A stretch of DNA of 64,000 bases from Raja brachyura (lineage: Eukaryota). A program made the translations under genes and the position numbers. The first letter of the stretch is position 1, and the number at the start of each line of letters is the position of its first letter. The notes beneath the pieces are model-generated. The model saw only the letters and a list, made by a program, of their open reading frames with translations, did no database searches and was not told where the DNA came from. The DNA lies in the NCBI GenBank assembly GCA_963514005.1, contig OY740781.1:177878001-177942000 (forward strand). Reading direction: 5' to 3'. Of this stretch, positions 50,785 through 64,000 are shown piece by piece.

Positions 50785-52764
50785 CTCTTCTCATTTATCT
50801 GACTAGCAAATCTGTGATGGTCATCTAATAGCTGCCCAGCAACAGCTGAGGATAATGGTATTTAAATATATTCAGTTCCATTGAGTGGAAAAGATAATAA
50901 TCTGCATTGAGGGCTTTAATAATCCAAGCCTTCAAACAGCTCCCATACTTGAATAGCCTCTTATATTATGGCCAGATTGCCCATCCTTCATGCAGTATTG
51001 GTTCTCATTTAGCACTTGTTGGACAAGATCAGGACTCGGGATCCTCTGGCACTCGCATTTCATTACTGCCTGACGTGAAAACACAACCATTGTCCTTGTC
51101 AACTTTTGACTGCTACTTAGTTCCTGGGTATGCCTGTTTCCCAGATCAAATTATCCTGAAGACATTTTTAATTTGCTGAAAAATTGGAATATTTGCAGTC
51201 CAATTCTAGATCAAAATCCCTGTTGAGGATTCTTTAGATACAGCTACTGGATACGGACATAATTGCTGCTGTTCTCCCCCATCTCCGTTAACTGCTGTTA
51301 CAACGTTTCACCTGATGGTTAAAAAATCTGTTATTGCTATGTAAATGGGGTTATGAAATCTGATGAGATTATTGTGTTGCAAATTTGCATTTCATCTCGA
51401 AGAACTGTTTTGGAATGCCGTTGCAAATGCATAGAATGGTTTAAATCCATAAGAGGAATCTCACTCTCATGCTGTGAAGTGTGATGTGGAGTATGCTGTT
51501 CAGTAACGTGGTAATCCTTCTGGGATTGTTTAAAAGGTGTTGTAATTCGAATATTACGAACTCCTTCTGATGGTTGGAGGACCCACAAATTAAAGTGGCT
51601 TTGCATGGTGTTACGCATAATGAAAACTGCAGAACTGTTATTAATGTGCCGTGAACAGTGCAGTTATGATAACTGGCATTGAGAATGAAGCACATTAACC
51701 AGGTTTATTACAGGAGCAAATGGTGCTTGCTTTTCACGAGTTTATTAAGCTTTCAGAATTTGTAAAGATAGGAATGTTAATTATTTCAATATTGTACATT
51801 CTACTTTATTTGACTGCATTTTATATATCTATCATTCACTTTAAGGGGAAGTGATGCTGTCGTCTTTGATGAGATATTTGCATGAGATGCTCTGATTTTA
51901 TTGCTGTCATCTCCCTCTAGTGGTCAGATGTTGAGTTGAACTGTTTTTATTCAATGTTGCTACATGCAAAAGGGTACAATTATGATAGGAAGTCGCACCC
52001 CATTTAGTTCTACCCACAAAGTACTGATTTGTTGTACAGCTCCTGGTCTTCCAGTTAAACACTTGCAGATACATACTTTAGAAAATACATCCACTCATGG
52101 TGTATGTTGCTGTGCTAGCGAACCCTTGCCCTCCCCTTGGTGCATACAATACAATAATACTTTATTAGCCAAGTATGTTTTGCAACATACGAGGAATTTA
52201 TTTCTGTCATGAGAATCTGGTGTGAACCTCTGCCCTCTAATGGCACTCTCGCAGCGCCTCTCCCATGTGTTGCCTGACTATCTTGATCCTACGATCTCTC
52301 TCATCACCTCCTGGTGGATCTAACAGAAGCTGCTGATTTCCTCCTGTTTACAGCTTTCTGCAGCCCAGTGATTACTCTGTTTGAATTTGTTACCGTAGAT
52401 AACATCACATTCAATAGGAGATGATGACATCACATGATCCGATTGGTCTTTCAACACAATGAGCAAGTGCTGCAGATCACGAGCAAAGGCCTGCATCCAC
52501 ATTACTGGCCAAGGTACATGTTGCAGCACCAAGTGACTGCACTGCTCATCCTGCTCACCCCAGTCCTGACATACCAAGCCAAGGGTGCTTTATTACTGTG
52601 AGGGTATTTGTGGAAGGCAGGAGTTCCCACCAGTTTCCTGGCACCCCTGCAGCACACAGCAGTAGGAGGGTGGGGGTCGGGGGGGGGGGGGGGGCACATG
52701 CCTTGCCCCAAGGTTTGCGCCAGGTTCACGGAACAACAGCCTCGTCAACAACACGTATAGATAC

Positions 52765-53290
52765 ATGTAGGAAGGAACTGCGGATGCTGGTTTACAGTGA
52801 AGATGGGCACAGAAAGCTGGTTTAACTCAGCAAGTTCGGAAGCATCACCGGAGAAAAGGGATAGATGACATTTCGAGTTGAGATCCTTCTCCAGACGGAG
52901 AGTCCGGGTAAAGGGAAATGAGAGATATAAAAAGTAAATAGAATAAATGAATGAAAGATATGCAAAAAGCAATGATGATCAAGGAATGTGGTGCCCACAA
53001 TGGTCCATTGTTGGCTGTAGGCTAGCTAACAACGAGTTATACAGACAGTGACTCTTAACAGGATGACAGTGAAACTAGTGCAACAACTAGGGTGGAGGAA
53101 GGACGGAGAGAGAGGGGATGCAAGGGTCATTTGAAGTTAGAGAAATTAATATTCATACCGCTGGGTTGTAAGGTGTCCAAACAAAATATGAGGTGCTCTT
53201 CCTCCAATTTGCGTTTGGCCTCACTCTGACAATTGAGGACAAACCGGTTACTATGGGAATGGGAAGGGGAGTTAAAATGTTTGGCAACTA
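52765..53290 (-). mobile_element. Penelope-like element 3' end
   Basis: Terminal unit, AG-rich 3' UTR and endonuclease C-terminus (LEEEHLIF.L..LQPSGMNI). Confidence 0.8.
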
Positions 53291-53516
53291 CATTATTCAA
53301 GTTTTATTTCAGTACATTCCTGATGAGAATTCCAAAATGCTCTGTGGTACTGAATGAGACTTGGAGTATGGGGTATTAGGTACAGAGAGAGGTTGGACAG
53401 ACCTGGATTGTTTTCTCTGGAATGCCAGAGGTTGCTGGGAGACCTGAGAGAAGTACATAAAATTATGAGAGACATAGATAGGGAGACAGTCAGAACCTTT
53501 TTCAAATCAAATACTG

Positions 53517-54016
53517 GCACCTGAGACCTCATCCTTTAGAGCTGGTCCTTACCCTCAACAACTTCTCCTTTGACTCCTCCCACCTCCTCCAAATCCAAGG
53601 CGTAGCTATGGGCACTCGCATGGACCCCAGCTATGCATGCCTCTTTGTAGGGTACGTTGAACAATCCCTGCTTCAGGCGTACACTGGCCCTATCCCCGAA
53701 CTCTACCACCGCCGCATTGACGACTGCATTGGTGCTGCCTCCTGCACCCATGCAGAACTCACTGACTTCATCAATTTCACCACTAATTTCCATCCTGCAC
53801 TCAAATTCACTTGGACCATGTCCGACATCTCACTACCGTTTCTGGATCTCACCGTCTCCATCACAAGAGACAGACTAATGAGCAACATCTACTACAAACC
53901 TACTGACTCCCATAGCTATCTTGAGCAACACTTCTTCCCACCCTGCTTCCTGTAAAGACTCTATCCCCTACTCCAAATTCATTCGTCAATGCCACATCTG
54001 CGCCCAGGATGAGGTA
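53517..54016 (+). mobile_element. Penelope-like reverse transcriptase fragment
   Basis: LVLTLNNFSF...QIQGVAMGT.M.PSYACLFVG, RRIDD, FHPALKFT, LPFLDL, IYYKPTD are PLE RT motifs. Confidence 0.92.
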
Positions 54017-54084
54017 TTTTTACCCTTACATTTTCTCAGCTCTGTCCACCATGCCTCTATATCTTCTGATCCTATGTCACCCCT

Positions 54085-54325
54085 CACTAAGGACTGAACT
54101 TCATTCCTTACCAACAAAATACCCCACCAATTCTGCCCGATAGTACGTATAACCTTGAATATTCAGCTGCCAGCTCTGATCCTCTTGCAGCCACGTCTCT
54201 ATAATTCCCACAACATCAGACTTACCAATTTCAAACTGTGCTACAAGCTCAACCATTTTGTTTAGTATACTACGCACATTCAAATACAATACCTCTAATT
54301 CTATATTCACCTCCCTGCTCACATC
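54085..54325 (-). mobile_element. CR1 APE endonuclease N-terminal fragment
   Basis: LYLNVRSILNKMVEL...DVVGIIETWL...LNIQGY. Confidence 0.85.
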
Positions 54326-55214
54326 GGTCCCCCAAACAGTAGCCAGGATATATGATCCAAGTTGCCCAACCTTACTCTCTTATCCCTTCTTAAACTTTCC
54401 GTCCTATTATTTCTGGAGACTTCTGTGACTTTTCCTGCATTCTCTTTCCCTTTAAGTCCACCTTTACACTTCCAATTTGTTGACCCACACGATTTAGTTT
54501 AAAGCATGTTGCATGGCTTGTGAATTTTTCATGGCAGCACATAGTTAGTGGTTAGCAAATTTCTAAGTCTCTATGTGCACATGCACATGACAGAAAAATG
54601 TTTCAAAATGTAACAGATTTTAAAATAAAAGTGATTTTTTATTTAATCTTCAATTTTATAAAATATTTTTTGTTGCTTACTTTGTCCTGCTGAATTGAAC
54701 TGATGCCTGATAATTTTGGGAAATGGGAAAGCCACACCACCAAGATAGTTAGAATGTGAGAGAAACTTTTGTCAAGCTTAGCAGCCACTGTTTCATTGCT
54801 GACCATAAAATCTAAGTCATTAACTTTGACATGATATCCAGAATCAGCAAAAAAAATAAGGTTATAATAGAGATTAAATTTGAAGGGACGTGGCAATGGA
54901 TGGGTAAGCATTGAACTCATTCTCCATATGTTAATTATCAAATTTAATATTATTCTGTCATGGGTCCCAATTTTATTCATTTTATTTATTAAACTTGGTG
55001 TAAGGAGGAGCTACAAAGCAGAGCGCGGTCAAGCAAGGTTAAGTTCTCTTTAGATTCAGCTATCTTTGGGATATTGTGATTTTTTACAGATATTATATCA
55101 CTAAAATGTAAATATGAGTTCCAATTCAATTCATTATTACTCCTTAAAGTATTAATGACTGGATATTCAGCATAAGAATTTTCCCCAATGGAAACCCGGT
55201 TCTATGCTCAGCTA

Positions 55215-55875
55215 TTCCTGAACCTGAATGAAACATTTGAATGAGATAACTTGTAGAAGGACATGCAGTCAAAGCCTCTATAGAGTTTTAGAGCATTTGA
55301 CAATGTACTGAAAGAAAGGCTGGTTATCGGTATTGAGGCCCATGGAATAAATGAGTGATCAGCAGCATGATGCAGGTACTTTGGAGTAACTTGGGTGAGC
55401 ATTTTGTAGAGGGTGCACACTGCAGTCACTGATGCAAGGAATAAATCTTTAGGGTGGTTAATAAAGTGCAAGTCAAGCAGATTGCTTTGTCCTGGATGGT
55501 GTGGTTTGAGATTTGTTAGCATTGCACTCATCCAGGCAAGTGGAAGGTATTACATTGTGCTCCAAGCTTGTGCATTGTAGATGGCGGAAAGGCTTTGGGG
55601 TGGTGGGAAGAAAGTCAGTTACCACGAAACTCAACCCCTGGCCTGCTCTTGTAGCCATAGTATTTGTGTGAATAGCCCGGTTAGGTTTCTGGTCATTGGT
55701 GCCTCTCCCAGGATATTGATGGCAGAGCACTTGGCAATGATAATATCATTGAATGTCTTGGGTAGGTGGTTGGACTCTCTTGTTAGGAGATGGTCAACGC
55801 CTGACACATATGTGGCATAAATGTTACTTGTCGTTCATCAGCCCATTCCTAAATGTTGTCTTGTTCTTCCTGAAT
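55215..55875 (-). mobile_element. Old LINE RT fragment (CR1/L2 group)
   Basis: Degenerate RT C-terminal remnants (SVTAVCTLYKM); related plus-strand pieces at ~61400-61650. Confidence 0.5.
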
Positions 55876-56673
55876 GAGACTCACCAAACGTTACAGCAAG
55901 AGGATATTCTGGGCAGCAATGTCGCACTCTAACCTGCCTGAATGCTATTCCTCATTGAAGAGACTGTGTAATCCCCAGTATCTCCATCCATTAATGCTTT
56001 ACACTGTTGTTGAGAATGCAGATCGCTTCTCTGTAGGGTTATAACTGAAGGAAAATGAAGGTGGTGTCAAAATTAACCAAGTCTTCGGCAATATTAAATT
56101 TAGTAATTTCAGGGGACCGTTCTTTTTCCTCTCTCCATATATATTATTGGATATTTCCATTTAAATTTGTTATTTTATTTTCTGTTTCCAGCTACTGATA
56201 GTTAGAGTCATCACTACCTTGACAATAATGCATTTCATACATGCATTGAGTGAGCCTTAGACAATTTTCAGGCAGGGACTTATAAACAGCAAGTATTCAT
56301 GTGACAGGTGCCTGACAATAAAAAGCCTTGAAGAAGAGATAATTTAATAATTTCTTGATTACAATTGATATTACCGTCACCAAGTATCCTAGTGGCATGG
56401 AGTGGCGGAGCAGTGTTAGAGGACACATCACCTGGCCAGGACGAGCCAAGGAACTCCAAGCCAGTGCTGCCTCCAGGACAACAGGCCTCCATGGCCATTA
56501 TGACTCTAACATTTTTTTTTAAATTTGGACTTGAAGAGTACAAGATGGTACCTGAAAAGTGGCGACTTTTGTGTATTGACTCAGTGTCGTCTACTGTCTT
56601 ACACTTTTGTACTTAGTAGGTTTGTCACTGAACTGTATGCAAACAAAGAATCTCACTGCACTTAGGTACACAT

Positions 56674-56937
56674 TGTGGCGTCAGCTGATGGTCAGACCAC
56701 TTACAGTTGAACCCTCATCAGTGGTTACGAGGGCTGTCACGTGATGTCATGGGTTCAGAGGAGTGTCCTGCTACATAAGCAGATCTCACCTTGAGATCAG
56801 GAGTTGACAGGTAGCTGAGCTCGAGTCAACACCCTCGCTCAGCAGCAGCAGCCACGACTCAGTATGTTAGAGGGCCAAACTTGCATGTACACCAACCATG
56901 TAATGTCTGTTTGTTCACCACGTTTGGTACCACTACA
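56674..56937. mobile_element. Candidate solo LTR (264 bp)
   Basis: TGTGG...CTACA termini. It interrupts a Rex1-type tail (ggtacacat|gacagtaaa) with a 4-bp duplication ACAT/TCAT. Confidence 0.6.
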
Positions 56938-59769
56938 TCATGACAGTAAAATACCATTGAACCATTACCGGCATCCTTCAGATCACGAGTAATTACAGAT
57001 TTAACTGGACTAGTTAGATCAGTTCATTGATAACAAGAGAAGGGCAAAGGCTGGGTATCCTGTTGTGAGTGGCTCACCACCTAACCTTACAAAGTCTCTC
57101 CACTGTCTACAAGATACAAGTTGGGATATCAAGAGTCAAGACTCCGAATATGAACATGACAATGAAATTCTGACTTGCTGCAGCTTTTCAGGCACATTAG
57201 ATGCATCAACAACAAAAATACATATATAATAAATTCAATTATTCTAAATAATCTAAGATCATGTGAGTGCAAAAAATAAAGTTTGTAGATCAACTATAAT
57301 AGTGTGAACTCCCGAATAGGTTAGTGGTGAGGTATGGTTGTGGTTAGGGTTCATCAGTGTCGTTCAAGAAGCTTTTAGTTGATAGAAAAAAGGCTTTTCT
57401 TGAATCTAGAGGCAATGCTTCTTGAGCTGAATTTATCTAAGTTTATAATATGATGGAATACTAGCCTCTTCCTCAGATGAGTGCTTCTCCAACAATACTT
57501 AAGAAGCTCATCTAGGATTGAAGGGGAAGCAGCTACAAAATAATTAGAAGAACATAATCATTAGACGTCCTCCAACATTGAATGTAACCGAATGAGTGCT
57601 GGAAAATACGGATAGTTTTGAAAGTTATCTGGATAACTAGCCAAAGGACTAATTTCCATGTTAAATGTCTTTATGAACCTATGACTATTATTCATATTGG
57701 TGGTGGTTTATTATTGTTCTGTGAGATGCAGTGAAAAACTTTTGTTTGCGTGCTGTCTAATTAAATCTGATAATACTATACATGAATGCGATCAAGCCAG
57801 ACACCAGTACAACAGGAAGAGCAATGAGAAAAATATCACAGCGCAGAAAATAGCTTTCAGCATTGTCATGTCCTTCCTGGCCTTTAAAAACTTCAATAAG
57901 ACAGTGGAAGGACTGGGTTTCTAGACAATAATATAATTCATCATCCTGGGAGTATTGAAATATACTCTTCAAAGATATTTTATTTACTTGTATCCATGAT
58001 AGAATGAAATGTCTAATGCACATGAATTGCCTTAATAGGATGAAAATTCAGAATGCATCCTTGCTCTTTATTTAATCACTAGGATTATTTTGTGTGTCAA
58101 ATTAAATTGCCATGCCGATAATCAGAAAGTAGTATTAAACATTTGTGAATGCTGCTATGTTCGGAGTCTTTTATCCTGCTTCTGAAATAATGAGGTTCAG
58201 TATTCCAATGTTGTGATCTTTCAACACAGGAGACAAAAGCAATTATATGCGAAAATTCTAGAAACAAGTTTTGTCGATCTGAGTGAATGCTTTCCGGTCA
58301 TTTTTTTCTGAGTGACTGAAAGGAGGGAAATCGTGAAATCTTTAGGGTAGGTAAGTGGGTATCTCTTTACATGCATCATTGAAGAAGCATTGATGACACA
58401 TGAGGATATGATTTTATAAGCAATCTTTTGAGCAACTGTGTTGTGTGATCTTAGAGGATCACTGACAAAATGGAGAATTCCCACGAGTGCATGGTCCTAA
58501 CCTTCTGCCTAAAATGCACTGAATGGCATCCATATAGATAACCGAGAAGATAAGGCTAAACGTCCTCCTGTTTACCCCACTTATCATGGCTATACATAAA
58601 TAGTGGGGTGTACTCAGTCTTTATAGTTAATTAACAATTTGTAAAAAATCACAGCTAATGTGCATTTGTGTCAATACTTTCATCACGATCCCTCATAAAT
58701 TTAAATTACTTTATTAGATAATGCAAAGCCCACTGGTCAAGGGCTTCTAAACATGCAAGCAAATTCCTATGTCCTTCATTGGTAAGATATATCAGAATTC
58801 ACACTTATTTTAAATGTGTTTACTTTCACATATCAATGCTGGACTTCCAAATAGTTAAATGATAATACAATAGTCCATGTGGGGTGAAAATGTGAGATAC
58901 TGGACAAATAACTGTAAAACAGAAATGATTTAAATAGAAGTTCAGTTTGTTGGGATTCTGTGCTTTTAAAAATGATATTTTTTTTGTTTTAATCTTAACA
59001 TTTAATAGTGTCTGTCCCATAGAATAGTACAATTTGCATTTTCATGAATGATTCTCTACCGCAATTAATTAATTTGCGTGGGCAGGGGCAGCACCGAGAA
59101 GGAGAAATTAGTTCCTTAGAGCGAGTGGAAACATGGAAAATAAATCTCCTTTGTGGTTGTTCATCAAGTCACATTGGCAGAAACCTTTGAATGGTTCCTC
59201 TCTGATGGTTGTCGGGCTGTTGAGGACCAATGGAATATACTAAAAAATAAAGTTGTACATGATCAAACCTGCAAATAAAACAGTGATCATATTGTTTATG
59301 ATGCAAAGTAAATATATCACATTCCACAAGAATTTGTATATATAATTCCTTTGCACTTCTCCATTTCCTTTTTCATCCTTTGGTAGAAATTCATGGTGTT
59401 AGTTGTCCCAAGTGAATTCACTTCTATTTTCTCAGCGTGTGAAAATTTTCCATAAATAGTGTAGCTTTGGAACAGCAGCACATTTTAACTATCTGATCAC
59501 TCCTTGGGTATTTACATTTGGAGAATATTTAATGTTTCCATTAAATTCCTCAACAAATGGAATTTAAACCATTACATCAGTTTGGTCATTTTTATTCTGT
59601 ATATTATACCAACCTTGCTTCAGGTTCAACGGTCCTTCGTAAGATACTTATATGTTATTTATATCTCATCTGATTCAGGATAAATATAATTTTCCTAAGC
59701 ACTATTGTGCTTATATATAAGGATCTCTGATTAGTTTAATTTAGTTTAGAAATGTGGAACTAAGCATGC

Positions 59770-60305
59770 TGACGCTGCACTCCCTCAATAGCAAGAATGT
59801 CCTTCCTCAAATTAGGAGACAAAAACTGCACACAATACTCCAGGTGTAGTCTCACCAGGGCCCTGTACAACTACAGTAGGTTAATATAGATGACAAACAG
59901 TAACAAGCTCAGCACTAGACCCTGAGGCACACCACTAGTCACAGGCCTCCAGCCGAAAAGGCAACCTTCCACCGTCACCCTCTGTTTCCTCCATGAAGCT
60001 AATTTTCTGTCTATTCAGCTGTCTCTCCTTGTATCCCATGCGATCTAATCTTCCAGAGCAGCCTACCATGTGGAACCTTGTCGATTGCTTTGCTGAAGTC
60101 CAAATATACAACATCTACAGCTCTGCTCTCATCAACCTTTTTGACCATGTCGTCAAAAAACTCAATCAGATTTGTGAGACACGACCTCCCACATACAAAA
60201 CCATGCTGACTATCCCTAATCAGCCCTTGTCCATCTAAATGCATGTTTATCCTATCCCTCAGAATACTCTCTAGTAACTTTCCAACCACCAATGTTAAAC
60301 TCAAT
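59770..60305 (-). mobile_element. CR1 LINE RT fragments
   Basis: ORF 60011..60379 LIRDSQHGFVCGRSCLTNLIEFF...VDVVYLDFSKAIDKVPH. Confidence 0.92.
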
Positions 60306-61814
60306 TTAAGTAAAGTGAATGTTATATCTCCAGTCTTTATTGCTGGATATCTAAACAATGTGCTTGAAACCTGAAACATGTGAACTAATGGAACACGAAT
60401 CCCAATATTTTCTGTCTAAAGCATGGCAGAATTTAACTCTGAATATGATTGATGCTGGACTTCAAAAGTTCCTCAGTGTGTGAGCCCCACCTGTAATTCC
60501 ATTAGACCATCTATGAATGGCTGTGGTACTTGGCAACTGTAACTGACTCACTATAATCATTCTTCACCCTCTCACTTCCCACAGAGCAAGATCAAAATCG
60601 TTCTCCCTGTTTTAAGAGGATGAAAGTAAGTATTTTATGCCAATGAAGAAAACTGTGGAAAAGTTGCCCATCAGCATCAAAAGCATTACATAAATCCCAA
60701 AAAGTGATGATATAACAGCAACCCAAAAAAATCTGTCAGACGGATGAAGGAATGGAGATTAAAAAGATGATCTATTGACATGCAAGCTGCAAATTAATTT
60801 TGAGAACCAGATTGTTAGACTTAAAATTACACTTCTTTTCATGCTAGTATAATTTTATTGCAGGTAGAAATAGATAATTAATCAGAAGCACTTGCAAATG
60901 AGATTGAAGGTTTGGTATCAAAATACTTGTCCAATTTTTCCTCATGGGGCATATTTCTATCAAACAACTATGTTTATCTTAAAAATATTTCTGTTTAGTT
61001 ATTAAGTTTACAAATTAATTAATATCTGCTTGATTAGATTGCACTGGAATGCCGTGCTGTACTACAAATCACCACTAAGTAAATGCTGGAGTAGCTCAGC
61101 GGGACAGGCAGCATCTCTGGAGAGAAGGAATAGGTTACGTTTCGGGTCAAGACCCTTCTTCAGACTGTTTTATTGATGGTGTGAGCAACCAGCACTTACT
61201 CATCAAAAACAGCTCACTGATGCCTTTTGGGTTTTGCCAGGACCATTCAGCTCTAGATCTTACCCGAGCGTAGAGCAACATACTGAATTTTGGATATGAA
61301 ATGAGAATGATTGAACTTGACAAGAAAATGGCATTTGACCGTGTGCAGCATTAAGGTAGAAATCACCAATCATCAAAAGACAAACATTCCAGTGGCTTGT
61401 GATAACTCTTAGAAAGGAAGATGGGTGTTGTTGTCTAACATTAATCATCCTAGCTCAGGAGTTCCTCAGGGCTGCATCAACCATCTTCAGCTACTTCATC
61501 AATCATCTTCCTTGCATCCTAAAATGAGAATTGGGGGTGTTCACTGATGATTGCATCCACGACCCTTCAGTACATGAAGCGTGCTGCAGGACGCAGTTAC
61601 CATCTAAGTAAGGGTTAATAAGTGACAAATAACATTCACACCAGGAACATTCAGTCGGAGAGACAACCCAGAGAAGAATGCCCTGTTCATCAAATGAATT
61701 TTGCCATCAAAAACATACAAAATACCGAGAAATCTCTTACCATTCCTAGTATTATTTTATTATAATACCAAGAATGGTAAGAAACTTAGTGAAATAAACA
61801 AAAATAGATGCTTG

Positions 61815-62180
61815 AAACATGGAACTGCAGATGCTGGTTTACAAAAAAAGACACACAGTGCTGGAGTAATTCAGCGGGTCAGTGGAGTTGTGGAGGGGGG
61901 GGGGGGGGGGGGGGGGAGATAGGGAGATAGATGGACAAAGGCCAGAAATGAAAAGACCAAAGGAGAGAAAAGGATTGTAGAGTTTCAAATGGTGAAGCTA
62001 GAGTAAGGAATGTTAGGTGGGAGGGGACGGGAAGGTGGGAAATGGGTGCAAGTCCAGTTGTGTAAGTAAGGGTGGGGGGAAGGGGGGAAGAAGTGGGGTG
62101 GGGGATAGTTAATCACTTACAATTGGAGAATTCAATGTTCATACCATTAGGTTGTCAGCTACCCAAGCAGAAAATGAGGC
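61815..62180 (-). mobile_element. Penelope-like element 3' end fragment
   Basis: Terminal unit and C-terminal endonuclease remnant. Confidence 0.7.
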
Positions 62181-62996
62181 AAGTAAGCACATCTGTGGTC
62201 GGAAGGTTACTAGAAAGTATTCTGAGGAATAAGATAAACGTGCATTTAAAGGCTGATTCAGGACAGCATAGTTTTGTAAGTGGGAGATTGTGTCTCATGA
62301 ATTTGAGTGATTTGAAAAAGTACACGAAACAACTGATGAGGGCAGAGCTGCAGATGTTATCTGTATGGATTTCAGCAAGGCATTGGACAAGGTTTCGCAT
62401 GATAGGCTGCCCTGGAAGGTTAGATTGCTAGAGCTAGCCGACTGGATATGAATTGGCTTCATGGAAGGAAGCGGAGGGTAATGGTGGAAGGTTGTTTTTT
62501 GGACTGGAAGCCTGTGAAAAGTGGTGTGCTTCAGGGATTGGTGCTGGGCCTTTGCTCTTTGTGCTTTATATCAACGAGTTGGATGAGAACATACAAAAAA
62601 GATTAGTATGTTTGCAGATGGCACTAATACGGGTGGTATCGGAGATAGTGAAGATAGTTATGAAAGATTGCATTAGGATTTTGATTAGTTGGGCAGGTGG
62701 GTAAAGGAATGGTTAATGGAGTTCAATACAGATAAATATGAGAAATTGTATTTTGGGATGTCTAACTAGGATAGGATCTTAATGGTAATTGGCAAGGGTC
62801 TGGGAAGTGTTGCAGAGCAGAGGGATCAGATTCACAGAGGAGTGGAGATCCACAGTTCCTCGAAAGTGGTGTCACAAATAGATAAGGTGGTCAAAAATAC
62901 TTTTTGGCCTTCATCGGTCAGGGTAATGTGTATAGAAGTTGGGATGTTATGTGACAGCTGTACAAGGAGCTGGTGAGGCCTCTGTTGGGAGTATAG
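62181..62996 (+). mobile_element. Degenerate CR1 RT fragment
   Basis: VVGRLLESILR, MDFSKALDKV, GPLLFVLYINELD, FAD remnants. Confidence 0.85.
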
Positions 62997-63639
62997 AACT
63001 AGATTATTTACCCCTCATGAAGTTGCCAACTTGAAGACAATTCCGTAAATACTGCAAGCACTATGACAGCTTAATCAAATAGCCATTAATAAAATGTAGT
63101 TCCTGTTTCAACTGATTTCTTTCCTTTACCAAAGAAGTTAGTCTTTATTTTTGTGGGGGTTGATTTTGTGGGATATTTATGGTTTCATAAATATCAAATG
63201 ATTATGAATGATCAGAGCTTCGAGAGAAGCAATTTCAGTTGACTTGCTGGTGATTACCCTGGCAAGTGTCAGAGTGTTCAGAGCACCCCTGTGAATGCAT
63301 GAAAGCCCACTGACTGAGCTCCAGAATGAACCTCTCACAGAATATTCAGCAAAATGTAAATTTGCTTCAACTCCCCAAAAGTCAGGCTGGGGTGATGCCC
63401 TTCATATCTGGATCAGGTCATACTTGACCCAGGAGTAGTTAATCTGTTCACTCAAATGAAATCTGAGCAAGTACAGTATAATGTACTTGTAAGTTTTTTG
63501 AATTACTTAAGCTTGCTTAAAGGTTCTAAAAGGTTTTTTGAATGATTTATTTAAGCTTTACATTGTATGAATATATTTTTTAATGTTTCTAAATATTCTG
63601 GCTATCAGGGATATTCAGAAGGATTCAGTCCTCGAAAAG

Positions 63640-64000
63640 GCTTATGTCACATTGGTCTTCATCAGTCAGAGTATTGAGTAGGGAGGTCATGTTCCAGTTG
63701 TATAACACATGTTAGTGAGGCCACATTTAGAGTATTGTGTTCCGTTCTGGTCACCATGTAATAGGAAAGATGTTGTCAAGCTGGAAAGCCTATAGAGAAG
63801 ATTTACGGGGATGTTGCCTAAACTAGAGGGTGTGAGTTATAGAGAGAGGTTGTGTAGGCTGGGACTCTATTCCTTGGAGCACAGGCGGGTGAGGGGTGAT
63901 CTTATCTAGGTGTATACAATCATGAGAGGAATAGATCGGGTAGATGCACAGAGTCTTGCCCAGAGTAGGTGAATTGAGGACCAGAGGACATAGGTTTAAG
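63640..64000 (+). mobile_element. CR1 LINE 3' fragment (runs off the window)
   Basis: LVRPHLEYCV.FWSP, LGLYSLE.RR.RGDL. Confidence 0.88.

Overview
Repeat-dominated vertebrate genomic DNA. The repeat complement (HE1-type V-SINEs with CR1 tails, Rex1/Babar, Neptune-type Penelope-like elements, Passport-like Tc1) points to an elasmobranch, probably a skate or ray (inference). I found no intact host coding exon. The main host feature is a CpG-island promoter at ~25.2-26.3 kb, with a minus-strand first exon ending in CGG|GTAAGT and a possible divergent plus-strand exon. The rest is a nested mosaic of mobile elements. These include a full-length but defective Tc1 (48400-49995) plus a truncated copy, and non-autonomous Helitrons (TC...hairpin-CTAG, A|T sites) that share an identical head-to-tail junction at two loci. 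There is also a ~1 kb TAG...CTA TIR element with 7-bp TSDs at two loci, a hAT MITE, a Vingi-like LINE end and a solo LTR. About 15 Penelope terminal units carry a hammerhead-like core, many of them as palindromes; one forms a ~200-nt permuted unit with inverted and direct copies. An assembly gap lies at 44824-44978. All family assignments come from reading the sequence and recalling known families; no database search was run.
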